Source: an uncultured Chloroflexia bacterium (GTDB lineage: Bacteria > Chloroflexota > Limnocylindria > Limnocylindrales > CSP1-4). From it: a stretch of DNA of 64,000 nt. Position 1 is the first letter of the stretch; every line of letters starts with the position of its first letter. Both the position numbers and the translations under genes were made by a program. The notes beneath the pieces are model-generated. The model saw nothing but the letters and a program-made list of their open reading frames with translations, made no database searches and was not told the origin of the DNA. Below are positions 23,324-33,509 of this stretch, piece after piece. Location of the stretch: assembly GCA_963707215.1 (NCBI GenBank), contig CAVPPB010000001.1, forward strand, positions 224,001 through 288,000, read 5' to 3'.

Positions 23324-24295
23324 ATGCGCATCGACTTCCGCCTCGTCGGCTGGGGCGTCTTCCTGATCCTGGCCGGGGTGATCCCCCTGGCCGTCACCCA
23401 GGGCTGGATCCCGGCCGACCTCCGTTGGTGGGAGCTCTGGCCGCTCATCCTCATCGGCGCCGGCGTCGGGCTGCTCCTCCGCAGGACGTCGGCCGCACCG
23501 CTCGGCGGGCTCATCGTGGCCGCGACGTTCGGGCTCATGCTCGGTGGAGTCCTGGCCAGCGGCATCACGTTCCCGGTCGCCAACGTCGGCTGTCTGGGCA
23601 ACCAGGCCGGCGATCCCTTCCCGACCCAGAGCGGTGGTTTCGAGAGCCGCAACGTCGACGTCCTCGTCGACATGCCCTGCGGCGATGTGGAGATCAGCAC
23701 CGCCCCTGGAGCAGGCTGGAGCCTGTCCGGCTCGTCCGACGGCGGCGAGGTCCCCGATGTCGTGGCCTCCTCGGGCAGACTCACCGTGGCGGCCTCGGAC
23801 GGCGACGGTGGCATCCTCCGCTCTCGTTCCAGCTGGATCCTCGCCCTGCCGACGGACCCGACGCTCGATGTCGAAGTCCGGGCGAACGCTGGCAGCGCCC
23901 GGCTCGACCTGGCCGACGCGAGCCTCGGACGCGTCCGCGTCGGCCTGAATGCCGGCGACGCGACCGTCGACCTCGCGACCGCGACCGCCGAGCGCCTCGA
24001 CGTCGAGGTCAACGCCGGATCGGTGGGGGTCCTGCTCCCGGCGAGCTCGCTGACCGGGACGATGACCGTCAACGCGGGCTCGATCGAGCTGTGCTCGCAG
24101 CCCGGCGTGGCCCTCCGGATCCGGGCCAACGACAACATCACGGCCAGCTACGACTACGCCGACGCTGGCCTCATCGAGGTCTCCGAGAACCTCTGGGAAT
24201 CCCCGGACTGGTCCGGATCGGACACCCGGATCGAGCTCTCGACGACCGCCAACGCGGGCTCGTTCGCCCTCGATCCTGAAGGTGGCTGCAAGTGA
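23324..24295 (+). CDS. Membrane protein with LiaF/LiaI-like TM region and extracellular beta-repeat (DUF4097/LiaG-like) domain
   Basis: WELWPLILIGAG TM motif and repeated (V/A)NAG(S/D) beta units. Confidence 0.7.
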   Translation: MRIDFRLVGWGVFLILAGVIPLAVTQGWIPADLRWWELWPLILIGAGVGLLLRRTSAAPLGGLIVAATFGLMLGGVLASGITFPVANVGCLGNQAGDPFPTQSGGFESRNVDVLVDMPCGDVEISTAPGAGWSLSGSSDGGEVPDVVASSGRLTVAASDGDGGILRSRSSWILALPTDPTLDVEVRANAGSARLDLADASLGRVRVGLNAGDATVDLATATAERLDVEVNAGSVGVLLPASSLTGTMTVNAGSIELCSQPGVALRIRANDNITASYDYADAGLIEVSENLWESPDWSGSDTRIELSTTANAGSFALDPEGGCK

Positions 24296-24936
24296 ACGAT
24301 CGACTCTACCGGTCCCGTGACGACCGGATCGTCGGGGGCGTCTGCGCCGGCCTCGCCGACCGCTTCGACCTCGACCCGTCACTGGTCCGCATCCTCTGGG
24401 CAGTGCTGTCGTTGCTCAGTGGCCTGCTCCCGGGCGCGTTCCTCTACGTGGTCATGCTGATCGTCGTTCCCGAGGAGCCGGAAGGCGCCACGGCGCCGGG
24501 GGCCCCACCGCCGCCGTGGCCGACCGAGCCACCGAGCCAGGATCCCGCGACCGGCCAAGCTCCGGCCGGACCTCCGGCCGCGGATACCTCCTCGGCCACC
24601 GCCGGAGCGGGCGCAGCATGGGCAGCGCCGGCGCCGCCGACCTCCCCCGAGGACCCGGGCACGGGCACGACGGCGTGGGTCCCGCCGGCCCAGGCCTACG
24701 CGGATCGGCGAGCCCGGCGGGCCGCGCGACGGCAGCGCAATGACGGTGCGGTCGCCCTCGTCTTCGGCGTCCTGCTGATCCTCGTCGGCGCCTGGTTCCT
24801 GCTCCGACCGTACCTGCCGTCCTTCGACTGGGGCGTCGTGTGGCCGATCATCATCATCGGCCTCGGCGTGGTCCTCCTGGTCGGGGCACTGGCCCGGCGG
24901 ACGCCGACGGACGGCGGGGGCCCGCCGACCACCTGA
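24292..24936 (+). CDS. PspC domain protein with C-terminal LiaI/LiaF-like TM pair
   Basis: RLYRSRDDRIVGGVCAGLADRF (PspC), Pro-rich linker and WPIIIIGLG motif. Confidence 0.88.
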   Translation: MNDRLYRSRDDRIVGGVCAGLADRFDLDPSLVRILWAVLSLLSGLLPGAFLYVVMLIVVPEEPEGATAPGAPPPPWPTEPPSQDPATGQAPAGPPAADTSSATAGAGAAWAAPAPPTSPEDPGTGTTAWVPPAQAYADRRARRAARRQRNDGAVALVFGVLLILVGAWFLLRPYLPSFDWGVVWPIIIIGLGVVLLVGALARRTPTDGGGPPTT

Positions 24937-25029
24937 AGCGGGTCGCCCTCGCTCCCGGACCTCGGTTCGTCGCGCGGCTATTCCGTCGCCGGGTCGCCCT
25001 CGCCGAGCCCACTCCCGTAGGATGCGGCG

Positions 25030-26112
25030 GTGCCACCCGTTCATCCGGCCGTCCTGCTCGCCACCCTCGCCGGGATCGGCTTCGGCCTCTGGCTCCTCGT
25101 TCGCGGGTTCCGCGGACGGATCGACGCGTCGCGGATCGCCGACACGGCCACCTCATCGATCGCCTCGATCGCCCTCGGCGAGGTCCGGGTGAGCGGTGTC
25201 GTCGAGGCCGCCGAGCTGCTCCTCGCGTCACCGCTCCAGGACGTCCCGTGCGTCTACTACCGCTCCCGGGTGGACGATCGCGGGTCGGACTGGTCGGGTG
25301 GCGATCACAGCGAGGAACGGGCGGTCGGCTTCCGGGTGCGCGACGCGTCCGGCGCCCTCCGGGTGTTCCCCCACGGCGGCCGCTGGGACGTGCCCGATCG
25401 GTTCGACGAGTCGAGCTCGCGGCTCAGCGGCGCTCCGCCGGGCCTCCGCTTCCGGGTCGGCGGGGCCTACCGACCGGCCGATCCGGATCGGGACGCATTG
25501 GTCGCCGAGTTGCTGACGGTCCGTGAGCCGGGGACGCTGCAGGACTGGACCGGCGGGGGCGTCTGGGCGCCGGGCGCCGAGCCACAGCTGCGGTACCGCG
25601 AGGCCCGCGTCGAGCCCGGGGACGTCGTGACGATCCTCGGTCGCGTCATCCGGTTCGGCGATCTGCCCGACCCGACCGGCGCAGACGTGGACGCGGCGGT
25701 CGGTGGCCCGATGGCGGCCCTCGACGATCCGGCGATCGCCGCGGACATCGCGGCAGCCCGCGCGGCCGGGGCCCTCGAGACGGACCCGGCGGAGGCCTGG
25801 GGCAATGCCGCGATCCCGGGCTTCGGGATCGGGCAGCCCATCAGCGAGCCGGAGCTCCACCCGGAGGCGACCCCGGCGACCCTCGCCTCGGTGGAACAGG
25901 GCGACCGCTTCGAGCGCACGTTCGACCTCTCGCCCGGATCCTTGGTCCTGGCCGCCGACCCGGACGTGCCGCTGATCGTCTCCCTCGGCTCACCCGGCGA
26001 GGCCGCCGATCGCCACGACGACCGGTTCGCGGTGGGGCTGCTCGGCGCCATCCTGGCCATCGCCTCAGCCGTCGTCCTGGCGCTGGCACTGAGCGGGATC
26101 GTCGTCCCATGA
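25030..26112 (+). CDS. GIDE-domain-like membrane protein
   Basis: IADTATSSIAS...GEVRVSG, SPLQDVPCVYYR and YREARVEPGDVVTILG motifs. TM helices at both ends; adjacent to lemA. Confidence 0.65.
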   Translation: MPPVHPAVLLATLAGIGFGLWLLVRGFRGRIDASRIADTATSSIASIALGEVRVSGVVEAAELLLASPLQDVPCVYYRSRVDDRGSDWSGGDHSEERAVGFRVRDASGALRVFPHGGRWDVPDRFDESSSRLSGAPPGLRFRVGGAYRPADPDRDALVAELLTVREPGTLQDWTGGGVWAPGAEPQLRYREARVEPGDVVTILGRVIRFGDLPDPTGADVDAAVGGPMAALDDPAIAADIAAARAAGALETDPAEAWGNAAIPGFGIGQPISEPELHPEATPATLASVEQGDRFERTFDLSPGSLVLAADPDVPLIVSLGSPGEAADRHDDRFAVGLLGAILAIASAVVLALALSGIVVP

Positions 26113-26690
26113 ACCCGCTGGTCGCGGCCGCGCTCTTCGCGATCCTGCTGTTCGGCCTCGTCGTCGGCTTCTGGATCGTCTCGACCTTCAACGCCGTCAT
26201 CGCCCTTCAGCTTCGGATCGACAAGGCCTGGGCGAACGTCGAGGTCGCCCTGAAGCAGCGCTACGATCAGCTACCGAACCTGGTCAGCGCGGTCCGCGAC
26301 CTGATGACCTTCGAACGCGCGACGCTCGAGCGGGTCACCGAGCTCCGGGCCGCCTTCCATCCGAAGGCGCCCGTCGGCGAGCAGGCCGTCGTCTCGGCAG
26401 CGACCAGCGCGGCTGTCCGACAGCTGTTCGCCGTCGTCGAACGCTATCCCGAGCTCCGCTCCCAGGAGAACGTCCTCGACCTCCAGAACGAGATCGAGCG
26501 CCTCGAGGGCCTCATCGCCGATCGCCGGGAGCTCTACAACGACCAGGTCTACCGCTACGACACCCGCATCGCCCAGGTCCCGACGGCCTGGCTGGCCACG
26601 CTCTTCGGGTGGCAGCCCCGCGAGTTCTTCGACGCGGAAGCGGCTGCCGACGAACGTCCGGACACGGACCTCAGCATGCGGCCGAGGTAG
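26109..26690 (+). CDS. lemA: LemA family protein
   Basis: AWANVEVALKQRYDQLPNLV, ERYPELRS and RRELYND motifs. Confidence 0.92.
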   Translation: MNPLVAAALFAILLFGLVVGFWIVSTFNAVIALQLRIDKAWANVEVALKQRYDQLPNLVSAVRDLMTFERATLERVTELRAAFHPKAPVGEQAVVSAATSAAVRQLFAVVERYPELRSQENVLDLQNEIERLEGLIADRRELYNDQVYRYDTRIAQVPTAWLATLFGWQPREFFDAEAAADERPDTDLSMRPR

Positions 26691-26730
26691 GGTCACCCAT
26701 CCGAGCAGGAGCGACGCCCGAACGTTCGGC

Positions 26731-27561
26731 ATGACGCTGAGAGGGTCGACCATGGTCCGCGGGCGCCCCGGGCGGTCGCTCTTCGCGGTCCGGTCGGCGC
26801 GACCGCTCGCCGCCTGGGTCCTCGCGGCAGCGGCTGTCCTCCTCGCCCCCGAACCCACCCTCGCCCATGCCCCGCTCGTCGTCCCCGGCGGCAACGAGGC
26901 ACCGGGATCGGCGTTCGTGCTGGACGATCCGGCCCGGTCCCTCGCCCTCGGTTCGACGCTCGTGACGCCGGGCGAGGTCGACTGGTACCGCATGGAGCTA
27001 GCGGCCGGCGACCCCCTGGTGGTGGCGATGACCGCTCCCGACGCCGAGGGCGGGATCCCTGCCGACATCACCGTGATCGGGCCTGGTCTGCCGCCGCTCG
27101 ACGATTCGACCGCCTGGCTGGCCGAGATCGTGGGGGGCCAAGGGGCGGTCCGCCACCGGGCCGACCCCGACGGAGTGCTGGCGACCCACGGCGGGCTCGG
27201 GTTCATCGAGCACGGCGGCATCACGACCACGGCACCCCAGGCCGGCACCTACTGGATCGCCGTCACCGCCTCCGATCCGGCCGCCACCGGGAAGTACGTC
27301 CTCGCGCCCGGGACCGAGGAGCGGTTCGGTCTCGAGGATGCCGTCGGGATGGCGGCCCTGGTCGGGCTCTTCGAGGCCTCGTGGCCTCCCGAGCCCGGGA
27401 CGACCGGGGCTGGCTCGGCCGCCGGGCCCCTGGTCGCCGGGTCGGCGATCCTCGTCCTGGGCCTGGTCGTCGGCATCGTCCTGCTCGTCGGGGTCCGCAG
27501 GTCTCGCGGCTCATCTCCGACGGGTCGGGCGTCGGCGAACGAGGATCGGGGAAGTGCCTGA
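26731..27561 (+). CDS. Secreted protein with C-terminal membrane anchor
   Basis: Signal peptide ending LAH, EVDWYR and GKYVLAPGTEERF motifs, C-terminal TM followed by a basic tail. Confidence 0.7.
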   Translation: MTLRGSTMVRGRPGRSLFAVRSARPLAAWVLAAAAVLLAPEPTLAHAPLVVPGGNEAPGSAFVLDDPARSLALGSTLVTPGEVDWYRMELAAGDPLVVAMTAPDAEGGIPADITVIGPGLPPLDDSTAWLAEIVGGQGAVRHRADPDGVLATHGGLGFIEHGGITTTAPQAGTYWIAVTASDPAATGKYVLAPGTEERFGLEDAVGMAALVGLFEASWPPEPGTTGAGSAAGPLVAGSAILVLGLVVGIVLLVGVRRSRGSSPTGRASANEDRGSA

Positions 27562-27785
27562 ACCGGTACGAACGGGGCCCCGACAGCTGACCTCCGGGGC
27601 ATGGAGATACCTTCCCGCGGAAGCAAACTCGGGTAGCATGCCTCCACCCGTGGGAGGTCCCCGTGCCCGGTCGGGCGGGGCGCCACGGCCGGTCTGCCGT
27701 CGCAGGCACATCCGGTCGCCCTCTGACTGACCTCACCCTGAGACCGAGCGTCCAGGACCGACCGCAACACAAGGGAGACATCGGG

Positions 27786-30700
27786 ATGACATCGTCGACC
27801 GCCGGCCGGGGCGTGCTGCGCCGGATGCTGCACCTCTGGGTCCTCGCGGCCCTGCTCCTGCTGACCGTCGGCGTGGTTCCCGCCCGGGCGGCGACGCTGG
27901 CGAACTTCCCGACCTCGAATGCCGCGGTCACCTCGGTGCTCGCGAGCCCGACGAACGCGTACGCGGATGACGGTGTCTACGCAACGGCGACCATGACCAA
28001 GAACCACACCGTCGCCCACGATTTCGGCGACTTCGGGTTCGACTCGATCCCGGTCGGGGCGACCATCACCTCGGCCACCCTGGAGATCCAGTTCAAGCTC
28101 GGGTCGAGCCAGGGCGACGATGTCGTCAGGGCGCAGGCATACGTCTCCGGGGTGGCATCCGGCGCGGCCGCCGTGAACAGCTCTCAGCCCACGACCGACA
28201 CGATCCTCAGCACCTCGACCCTCGGGATCACGTCGCGCACCCAGCTGCTCGATGGCACGTTCGCGGTCCGCGTGACGGCCTCACGGACCACGCCCGGTCC
28301 ACCGAGCCACCTCTTCTTCCTCGACTACGTGAAGGTCACGGTGGTCTACACGGACACCGATACGACCCCGCCGGTCGTGACCGTGCCGACCGACATCACG
28401 ACCGAGGCGACCGGACCGAGCGGGGCCGTCGTGACCTTCAGCGCGAGCGCGATCGACAACGTCGACGGGTCGCTCGTCCCGGTCTGCGTGCCGGCCTCGG
28501 GCAGCACCTTCGCCCTCGGCACCACGACGGTCACCTGCAGCGCGACCGACGCCGCCGGGAACACCGGTAGCGCGAGCTTCAGCGTGACGGTCGTCGACAC
28601 GACCCCGCCGGTCGTGACCGTGCCGACCGACATCACGACCGCGGCGACGAGCCCCGCGGGGGCCGTCGTCGCCTTCAGCGCCAGCGCGACCGACCTCGTC
28701 GACGGGGCGATCAGCCCCGTCTGCCTGCCGGCCTCGGGCAGCCTCTTCCCGGTCGGCACGACCCAGGTCACCTGTACCGCCACCGACACCGCCGGCAACA
28801 CCGGCAGCGCTTCCTTCGACGTGACGGTCAGCCCGTACGTCGACGACGTCGACCCCATCGTGACCGTGCCGACCGACATCACGACCGAGGCGACCGGACC
28901 GAGCGGGGCCGTCGTGACCTTCAGCGCGAGCGCGATCGACAACGTCGACGGGTCGCTCGTCCCGGTCTGCGTGCCGGCCTCGGGCAGCACCTTCGCCCTC
29001 GGCACCACGACGGTCACCTGCAGCGCGACCGACGCCGCCGGGAACACCGGTAGCGCGAGCTTCAGCGTGACGGTCGTCGACACGACCCCGCCGGTCGTGA
29101 CCGTGCCGACCGACATCACGACCGCGGCGACGAGCCCCGCGGGGGCCGTCGTCGCCTTCAGCGCCAGCGCGACCGACCTCGTCGACGGGGCGATCAGCCC
29201 CGTCTGCCTGCCGGCCTCGGGCAGCCTCTTCCCGGTCGGCACGACCCAGGTCACCTGTACCGCCACCGACACCGCCGGCAACACCGGCAGCGCTTCCTTC
29301 GACGTGACGGTCAGCCCGTACGTCGACGACGTCGACCCCATCGTGACCGTGCCGACCGACATCACGACCGAGGCGACCGGACCGAGCGGGGCCGTCGTGA
29401 CCTTCAGCGCGAGCGCGATCGACAACGTCGACGGGTCGCTCGTCCCGGTCTGCGTGCCGGCCTCGGGCAGCACCTTCGCCCTCGGCACCACGACGGTCAC
29501 CTGCAGCGCGACCGACGCCGCCGGGAACACCGGTAGCGCGAGCTTCAGCGTGACGGTCGTCGACACGACCCCGCCGGTCGTGACCGTGCCGACCGACATC
29601 ACGACCGCGGCGACGAGCCCCGCGGGGGCCGTCGTCGCCTTCAGCGCCAGCGCGACCGACCTCGTCGACGGGGCGATCAGCCCCGTCTGCCTGCCGGCCT
29701 CGGGCAGCCTCTTCCCGGTCGGCACGACCCAGGTCACCTGTACCGCCACCGACACCGCCGGCAACACCGGCAGCGCTTCCTTCGACGTGACGGTCAGCCC
29801 GTACGTCGACGACGTCGACCCCATCGTGACCGTGCCGACCGACATCACGACCGAGGCGACCGGACCGAGCGGGGCCGTCGTGACCTTCAGCGCGAGCGCG
29901 ATCGACAACGTCGACGGGTCGCTCGTCCCGGTCTGCGTGCCGGCCTCGGGCAGCACCTTCGCCCTCGGCACCACGACGGTCACCTGCAGCGCGACCGACG
30001 CCGCCGGGAACACCGGTAGCGCGAGCTTCAGCGTGACGGTCGTCGACACGACCCCGCCGGTCGTGACCGTGCCGACCGACATCACGACCGCGGCGACGAG
30101 CCCCGCGGGGGCCGTCGTCGCCTTCAGCGCCAGCGCGACCGACCTCGTCGACGGGGCGATCAGCCCCGTCTGCCTGCCGGCCTCGGGCAGCCTCTTCCCG
30201 GTCGGCACGACCCAGGTCACCTGTACCGCCACCGACACCGCCGGCAACACCGGCAGCGCTTCCTTCGACGTGACGGTCAGCCCGTACGTCGACGACGTCG
30301 ACCCCATCGTGACCGTGCCGACCGACATCACGACCGAGGCGACCGGACCGAGCGGGGCCGTCGTGACCTTCAGCGCGAGCGCGATCGACAACGTCGACGG
30401 GTCGCTCGTCCCGGTCTGCGTGCCGGCCTCGGGCAGCACCTTCGCCCTCGGCACCACGACGGTCACCTGCAGCGCGACCGACGCCGCCGGGAACACCGGT
30501 AGCGCGAGCTTCAGCGTGACGGTCGTCGACACGACCCCGCCGGTCGTGACCGTGCCGACCGACATCACGACCGCGGCGACGAGCCCCGCGGGGGCCGTCG
30601 TCGCCTTCAGCGCCAGCGCGACCGACCTCGTCGACGGGGCGATCAGCCCCGTCTGCCTGCCGGCCTCGGGCAGCCTCTTCCCGGTCGGCACGACCCAGGT

Positions 30701-31424
30701 CACCTGTACCGCCACCGACACCGCCGGCAACACCGGCAGCGCTTCCTTCGACGTGACGGTCAGCCCGTACGTCGACGACGTCGACCCCATCGTGACCGTG
30801 CCGACCGACATCACGACCGAGGCGACCGGACCGAGCGGGGCCGTCGTGACCTTCAGCGCGAGCGCGATCGACAACGTCGACGGGTCGCTCGTCCCGGTCT
30901 GCGTGCCGGCCTCGGGCAGCACCTTCGCCCTCGGCACCACGACGGTCACCTGCAGCGCGACCGACGCCGCCGGGAACACCGGTAGCGCGAGCTTCAGCGT
31001 GACGGTCGTCGACACGACCCCGCCGGAGATCACCACGCCGGAGGGTGGGACCCCACCCGACATCCGCGTTCCGGCGACCGGTCCGACCGGGGCGGTCGTG
31101 GCCTTCGTGCTTGCCGCCACGGACCGGGTCGACGGTGCCGTGCCCCCGACGTGCACGCCGGCCTCGGGGAGCCTCTTCCCGGTCGGGACCACGACCGTCT
31201 CCTGCACGGCCGTGGATGCCACCGGCAACGTCGCGAGCGCCAGCTTCCGGGTCACAGTGGATCCGTACGTCGGGCCGACCCCGACCTTGCCGCCGACGGC
31301 GACGGAGTCTCCGATCGCGACAGGCACCGGCGCGTCGGTGGTCCCGGCTCTGGTCGTCCTCGGCGCGGTCGCCCTGCTCTTCGCCGCCGTCGCCTTCGAT
31401 CGCCGACGGCGAGTGGTTCGTTGA
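27786..31424 (+). CDS. Large surface protein with 12 HYR (Ig-like) domains and a C-terminal LPPTA-TM-RRRR sorting signal
   Basis: Signal peptide. Repeated DTTPPV...FSASATD..DG...C.PASGS.F..GTT.VTC.ATD.AGN units. C-terminal LPPTA, hydrophobic helix and RRRR. Confidence 0.9.
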   Translation: MTSSTAGRGVLRRMLHLWVLAALLLLTVGVVPARAATLANFPTSNAAVTSVLASPTNAYADDGVYATATMTKNHTVAHDFGDFGFDSIPVGATITSATLEIQFKLGSSQGDDVVRAQAYVSGVASGAAAVNSSQPTTDTILSTSTLGITSRTQLLDGTFAVRVTASRTTPGPPSHLFFLDYVKVTVVYTDTDTTPPVVTVPTDITTEATGPSGAVVTFSASAIDNVDGSLVPVCVPASGSTFALGTTTVTCSATDAAGNTGSASFSVTVVDTTPPVVTVPTDITTAATSPAGAVVAFSASATDLVDGAISPVCLPASGSLFPVGTTQVTCTATDTAGNTGSASFDVTVSPYVDDVDPIVTVPTDITTEATGPSGAVVTFSASAIDNVDGSLVPVCVPASGSTFALGTTTVTCSATDAAGNTGSASFSVTVVDTTPPVVTVPTDITTAATSPAGAVVAFSASATDLVDGAISPVCLPASGSLFPVGTTQVTCTATDTAGNTGSASFDVTVSPYVDDVDPIVTVPTDITTEATGPSGAVVTFSASAIDNVDGSLVPVCVPASGSTFALGTTTVTCSATDAAGNTGSASFSVTVVDTTPPVVTVPTDITTAATSPAGAVVAFSASATDLVDGAISPVCLPASGSLFPVGTTQVTCTATDTAGNTGSASFDVTVSPYVDDVDPIVTVPTDITTEATGPSGAVVTFSASAIDNVDGSLVPVCVPASGSTFALGTTTVTCSATDAAGNTGSASFSVTVVDTTPPVVTVPTDITTAATSPAGAVVAFSASATDLVDGAISPVCLPASGSLFPVGTTQVTCTATDTAGNTGSASFDVTVSPYVDDVDPIVTVPTDITTEATGPSGAVVTFSASAIDNVDGSLVPVCVPASGSTFALGTTTVTCSATDAAGNTGSASFSVTVVDTTPPVVTVPTDITTAATSPAGAVVAFSASATDLVDGAISPVCLPASGSLFPVGTTQVTCTATDTAGNTGSASFDVTVSPYVDDVDPIVTVPTDITTEATGPSGAVVTFSASAIDNVDGSLVPVCVPASGSTFALGTTTVTCSATDAAGNTGSASFSVTVVDTTPPEITTPEGGTPPDIRVPATGPTGAVVAFVLAATDRVDGAVPPTCTPASGSLFPVGTTTVSCTAVDATGNVASASFRVTVDPYVGPTPTLPPTATESPIATGTGASVVPALVVLGAVALLFAAVAFDRRRRVVR
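28375..31026 (+). repeat. Tandem 483-bp repeat, about 5.5 copies, each encoding two HYR domains
   Basis: A marker sequence recurs at 28381, 28864, 29347, 29830, 30313 and 30796. The copies appear identical by eye. Confidence 0.95.
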
Positions 31425-31429
31425 ACGAT

Positions 31430-31463
31430 GCGGGCCCGCTGGTGGCAACGCCGACGGGCCCGC
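31430..31463 (+). terminator. GC-rich hairpin after the HYR gene
   Basis: GCGGGCCCG...CGGGCCCGC stem with a GCAA loop, between convergent genes. No U-tract. Confidence 0.5.
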
Positions 31464-31591
31464 GAACCATGAGGCATCGGTTGGCGCCGTAGGTTCGGCA
31501 CGTCTGCCCCCGGCCTTCGGGCTTGACACCCTCCCCGGCGAGGATCGTCACGCCATGGGCATCGCCCTCGCCACGACGACGCGCCCGGGCC

Positions 31592-32509
31592 TCATCCGGC
31601 GATCGCGGGGCCGCCCTCCCACCGCTCCACTCGCGATGCGAGCACCTCGCGGTGGAGTCGTTCCATCTTGGCGACCGCCAGGTCGGCGTCGGTTTCGTCC
31701 ATGTCGAGGAACAGCTCGTCGAGCCTGATCGCCGCCCACTCGTCGATCACGGAAGCGATCTCCTCCGGCGAGCCATGGATCGCCGCTGGAGTGTGGTCGG
31801 GCGGTGGCGGCCCGAAGTAGACCTGGGCCCGGGCGGAGATCGGCGGGACCGGGCGAGCGGCGGCCGTCGCCGCCGCCCGCAGTGTCGGCAGTCGCTCGGC
31901 CATCCCGGCCGGCCCGTTCTGGCTCAGGTGGTAGCCGTCGCCAAGCCGCCCGGCACGTCTGACCCCGTGCTCGCTCCGACCGCCGACGACGATCGGAAGC
32001 GAGGCCCCCTGGACGGGCAGGGGCGCGAAGACCGCGTCCTCGATCCGATGGAAGCGGCCCTCGAACGGGGCGTCTTCCCCCGACCAGAGGTGCCGCCAGA
32101 GGAGGATCGCCTCGTCGACGTAGGCCCCACGGGCGCGAAACCGGTCCGCCATCGCAAGGTTCCGGTACTCGTGCTCGTTCCAGCCGAGACCGACGCCGGC
32201 GGCGACGCGCCCTCCGGTGAGGACGTCGATCGTCGCCAGCTCCTTCGCCAGGACGACCGCATTCCGCATCGGCACGACGAGGACGCTCGGCATGAGCCGG
32301 ATCCGGTCAGTCTGCCCGCCGATCCAGGCGAGCGTCGTGACGATCTCGAACACCGTGCCGTAGGCCGCGGCGCGGTCTCGCCCGACGATGAGGTGGTCGT
32401 CCGAACCGACCGTCCGCCAGCCGAGTCGCTCAGCGGTCTGCGCCGTCGCGAGGATCGCCTCGGGACTTGCGCCGGCGTGCTTGGTGGGCAGGATCAGGCC
32501 GACATACAT
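31592..32509 (-). CDS. LLM-class (probably F420-dependent) oxidoreductase
   Basis: AERLGW..V..DDH, SVLVVPMRNAVVLAKELATIDVLTGGR and GLGWNEHEY motifs. Confidence 0.88.
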   Translation of the reverse strand: MYVGLILPTKHAGASPEAILATAQTAERLGWRTVGSDDHLIVGRDRAAAYGTVFEIVTTLAWIGGQTDRIRLMPSVLVVPMRNAVVLAKELATIDVLTGGRVAAGVGLGWNEHEYRNLAMADRFRARGAYVDEAILLWRHLWSGEDAPFEGRFHRIEDAVFAPLPVQGASLPIVVGGRSEHGVRRAGRLGDGYHLSQNGPAGMAERLPTLRAAATAAARPVPPISARAQVYFGPPPPDHTPAAIHGSPEEIASVIDEWAAIRLDELFLDMDETDADLAVAKMERLHREVLASRVERWEGGPAIAG

Positions 32510-32802
32510 CGACCCGATCGTACCCAGTCTGATCGGCGCACGACGGCGTCCCGCCACTCAAGGATCTCGGCCCAGACGACCCAGCGGCTAGCAGCCGCCG
32601 GGCTGGTCGAGCTTCCTGAGCACGATCGAAGCCGTCCTGATCCGGCCGTGACAGTCACCGAGCCCCGGTCCCGACGGGCGCCGCGAACGTCGTTCGGGCA
32701 CTCCGCCTCTGGACCCTTACGTTCCACCACAAGCACCCTGACCGCCATGCGTCGGGGCCGCTGACACATGGCGACCCCGAACAGGGAGCCGGAGATGGGG
32801 CG

Positions 32803-33207
32803 ATGGACGATGTGCTGATGGCGGCGCTCCTCCTGATCGGGGCGACGACGGTCGCGCTGTACTGGATCGCGTGGCTCAGAGGCGGGAGCGACCTCCAGCT
32901 GTCCGAGGACGAGGCCTACCTCAAGTTCGAGAAGGCGTTCCCGGTCGCGGACGCATGGCTCGCCGTTTGCATGCTCGTCGCCGCGATCGGGCTCCTGGCC
33001 GGTGAGTCGTACGCCTACCCGTTCATGCTCCTCGCAGGGAGTGCTGGCATCTTCCTCGGCCTGATGGACGTCACCTACGCGGTCGAGAACGGCCTGTACG
33101 GCATCGCTCGAACGTCGGCGGGGATGCGCATCGAAGCCGCGATGCACGTCATCACCCTCGGGGTCAGCGCGCTGGTGATCGTTTACGCGATGTCACGGCT
33201 CCTCTGA
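32803..33207 (+). CDS. Small 4-TM hypothetical membrane protein (cassette gene 1)
   Basis: Four hydrophobic segments and an FEKAFPVADAW motif. Confidence 0.75.
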   Translation: MDDVLMAALLLIGATTVALYWIAWLRGGSDLQLSEDEAYLKFEKAFPVADAWLAVCMLVAAIGLLAGESYAYPFMLLAGSAGIFLGLMDVTYAVENGLYGIARTSAGMRIEAAMHVITLGVSALVIVYAMSRLL

Positions 33208-33358
33208 CCTGCCGGGCTGTCGCCGCTCAGCTGCCTACTCGTCGACGCCCCCAGAACGCCCCGCCGGCGTCCCTCGCGTCGGACTGCATCCCCAGGCTGC
33301 CACGGCCTCCTCGGCCGCGCCCTGGGTCAACCGGACGACGTCGCAGGATCGGCGACCT

Positions 33359-33422
33359 CGGCGCGATCTCACTTCTCAGAGGGAGGAAGGCGACCAGCCC
33401 ACGGCCGGGCGACGGGGGCCGC
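33359..33422 (+). repeat. Intergenic repeat copy A
   Basis: CGGCGCGATCTC-N10-GGGAGGAAGGCGACCAGCCCACGGCCGGGCGACGGGGGCCGC, nearly identical to 34803-34866. Confidence 0.85.
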
Positions 33423-33509
33423 TTCGCGACCTCCGCATCTGGTGACGCACGACCCTCCGACCGACACTCCCGCCCATCGAGTTCGTCACGGGTGCGGGAG
33501 GTGCGGGCC

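Noticed and set aside
27562-27785. Possible c-di-GMP or other riboswitch upstream of the HYR gene (GCAAAC present)
   Set aside because: The GNRA tetraloop/receptor and second-stem pattern could not be built from the sequence.
28281-31529. Very long minus-strand ORFs opposite the HYR gene, and similar long antisense ORFs opposite xfp, mutase, ktrB and rsmH
   Set aside because: These are shadow frames caused by high GC and repeats, with no recognisable motifs.
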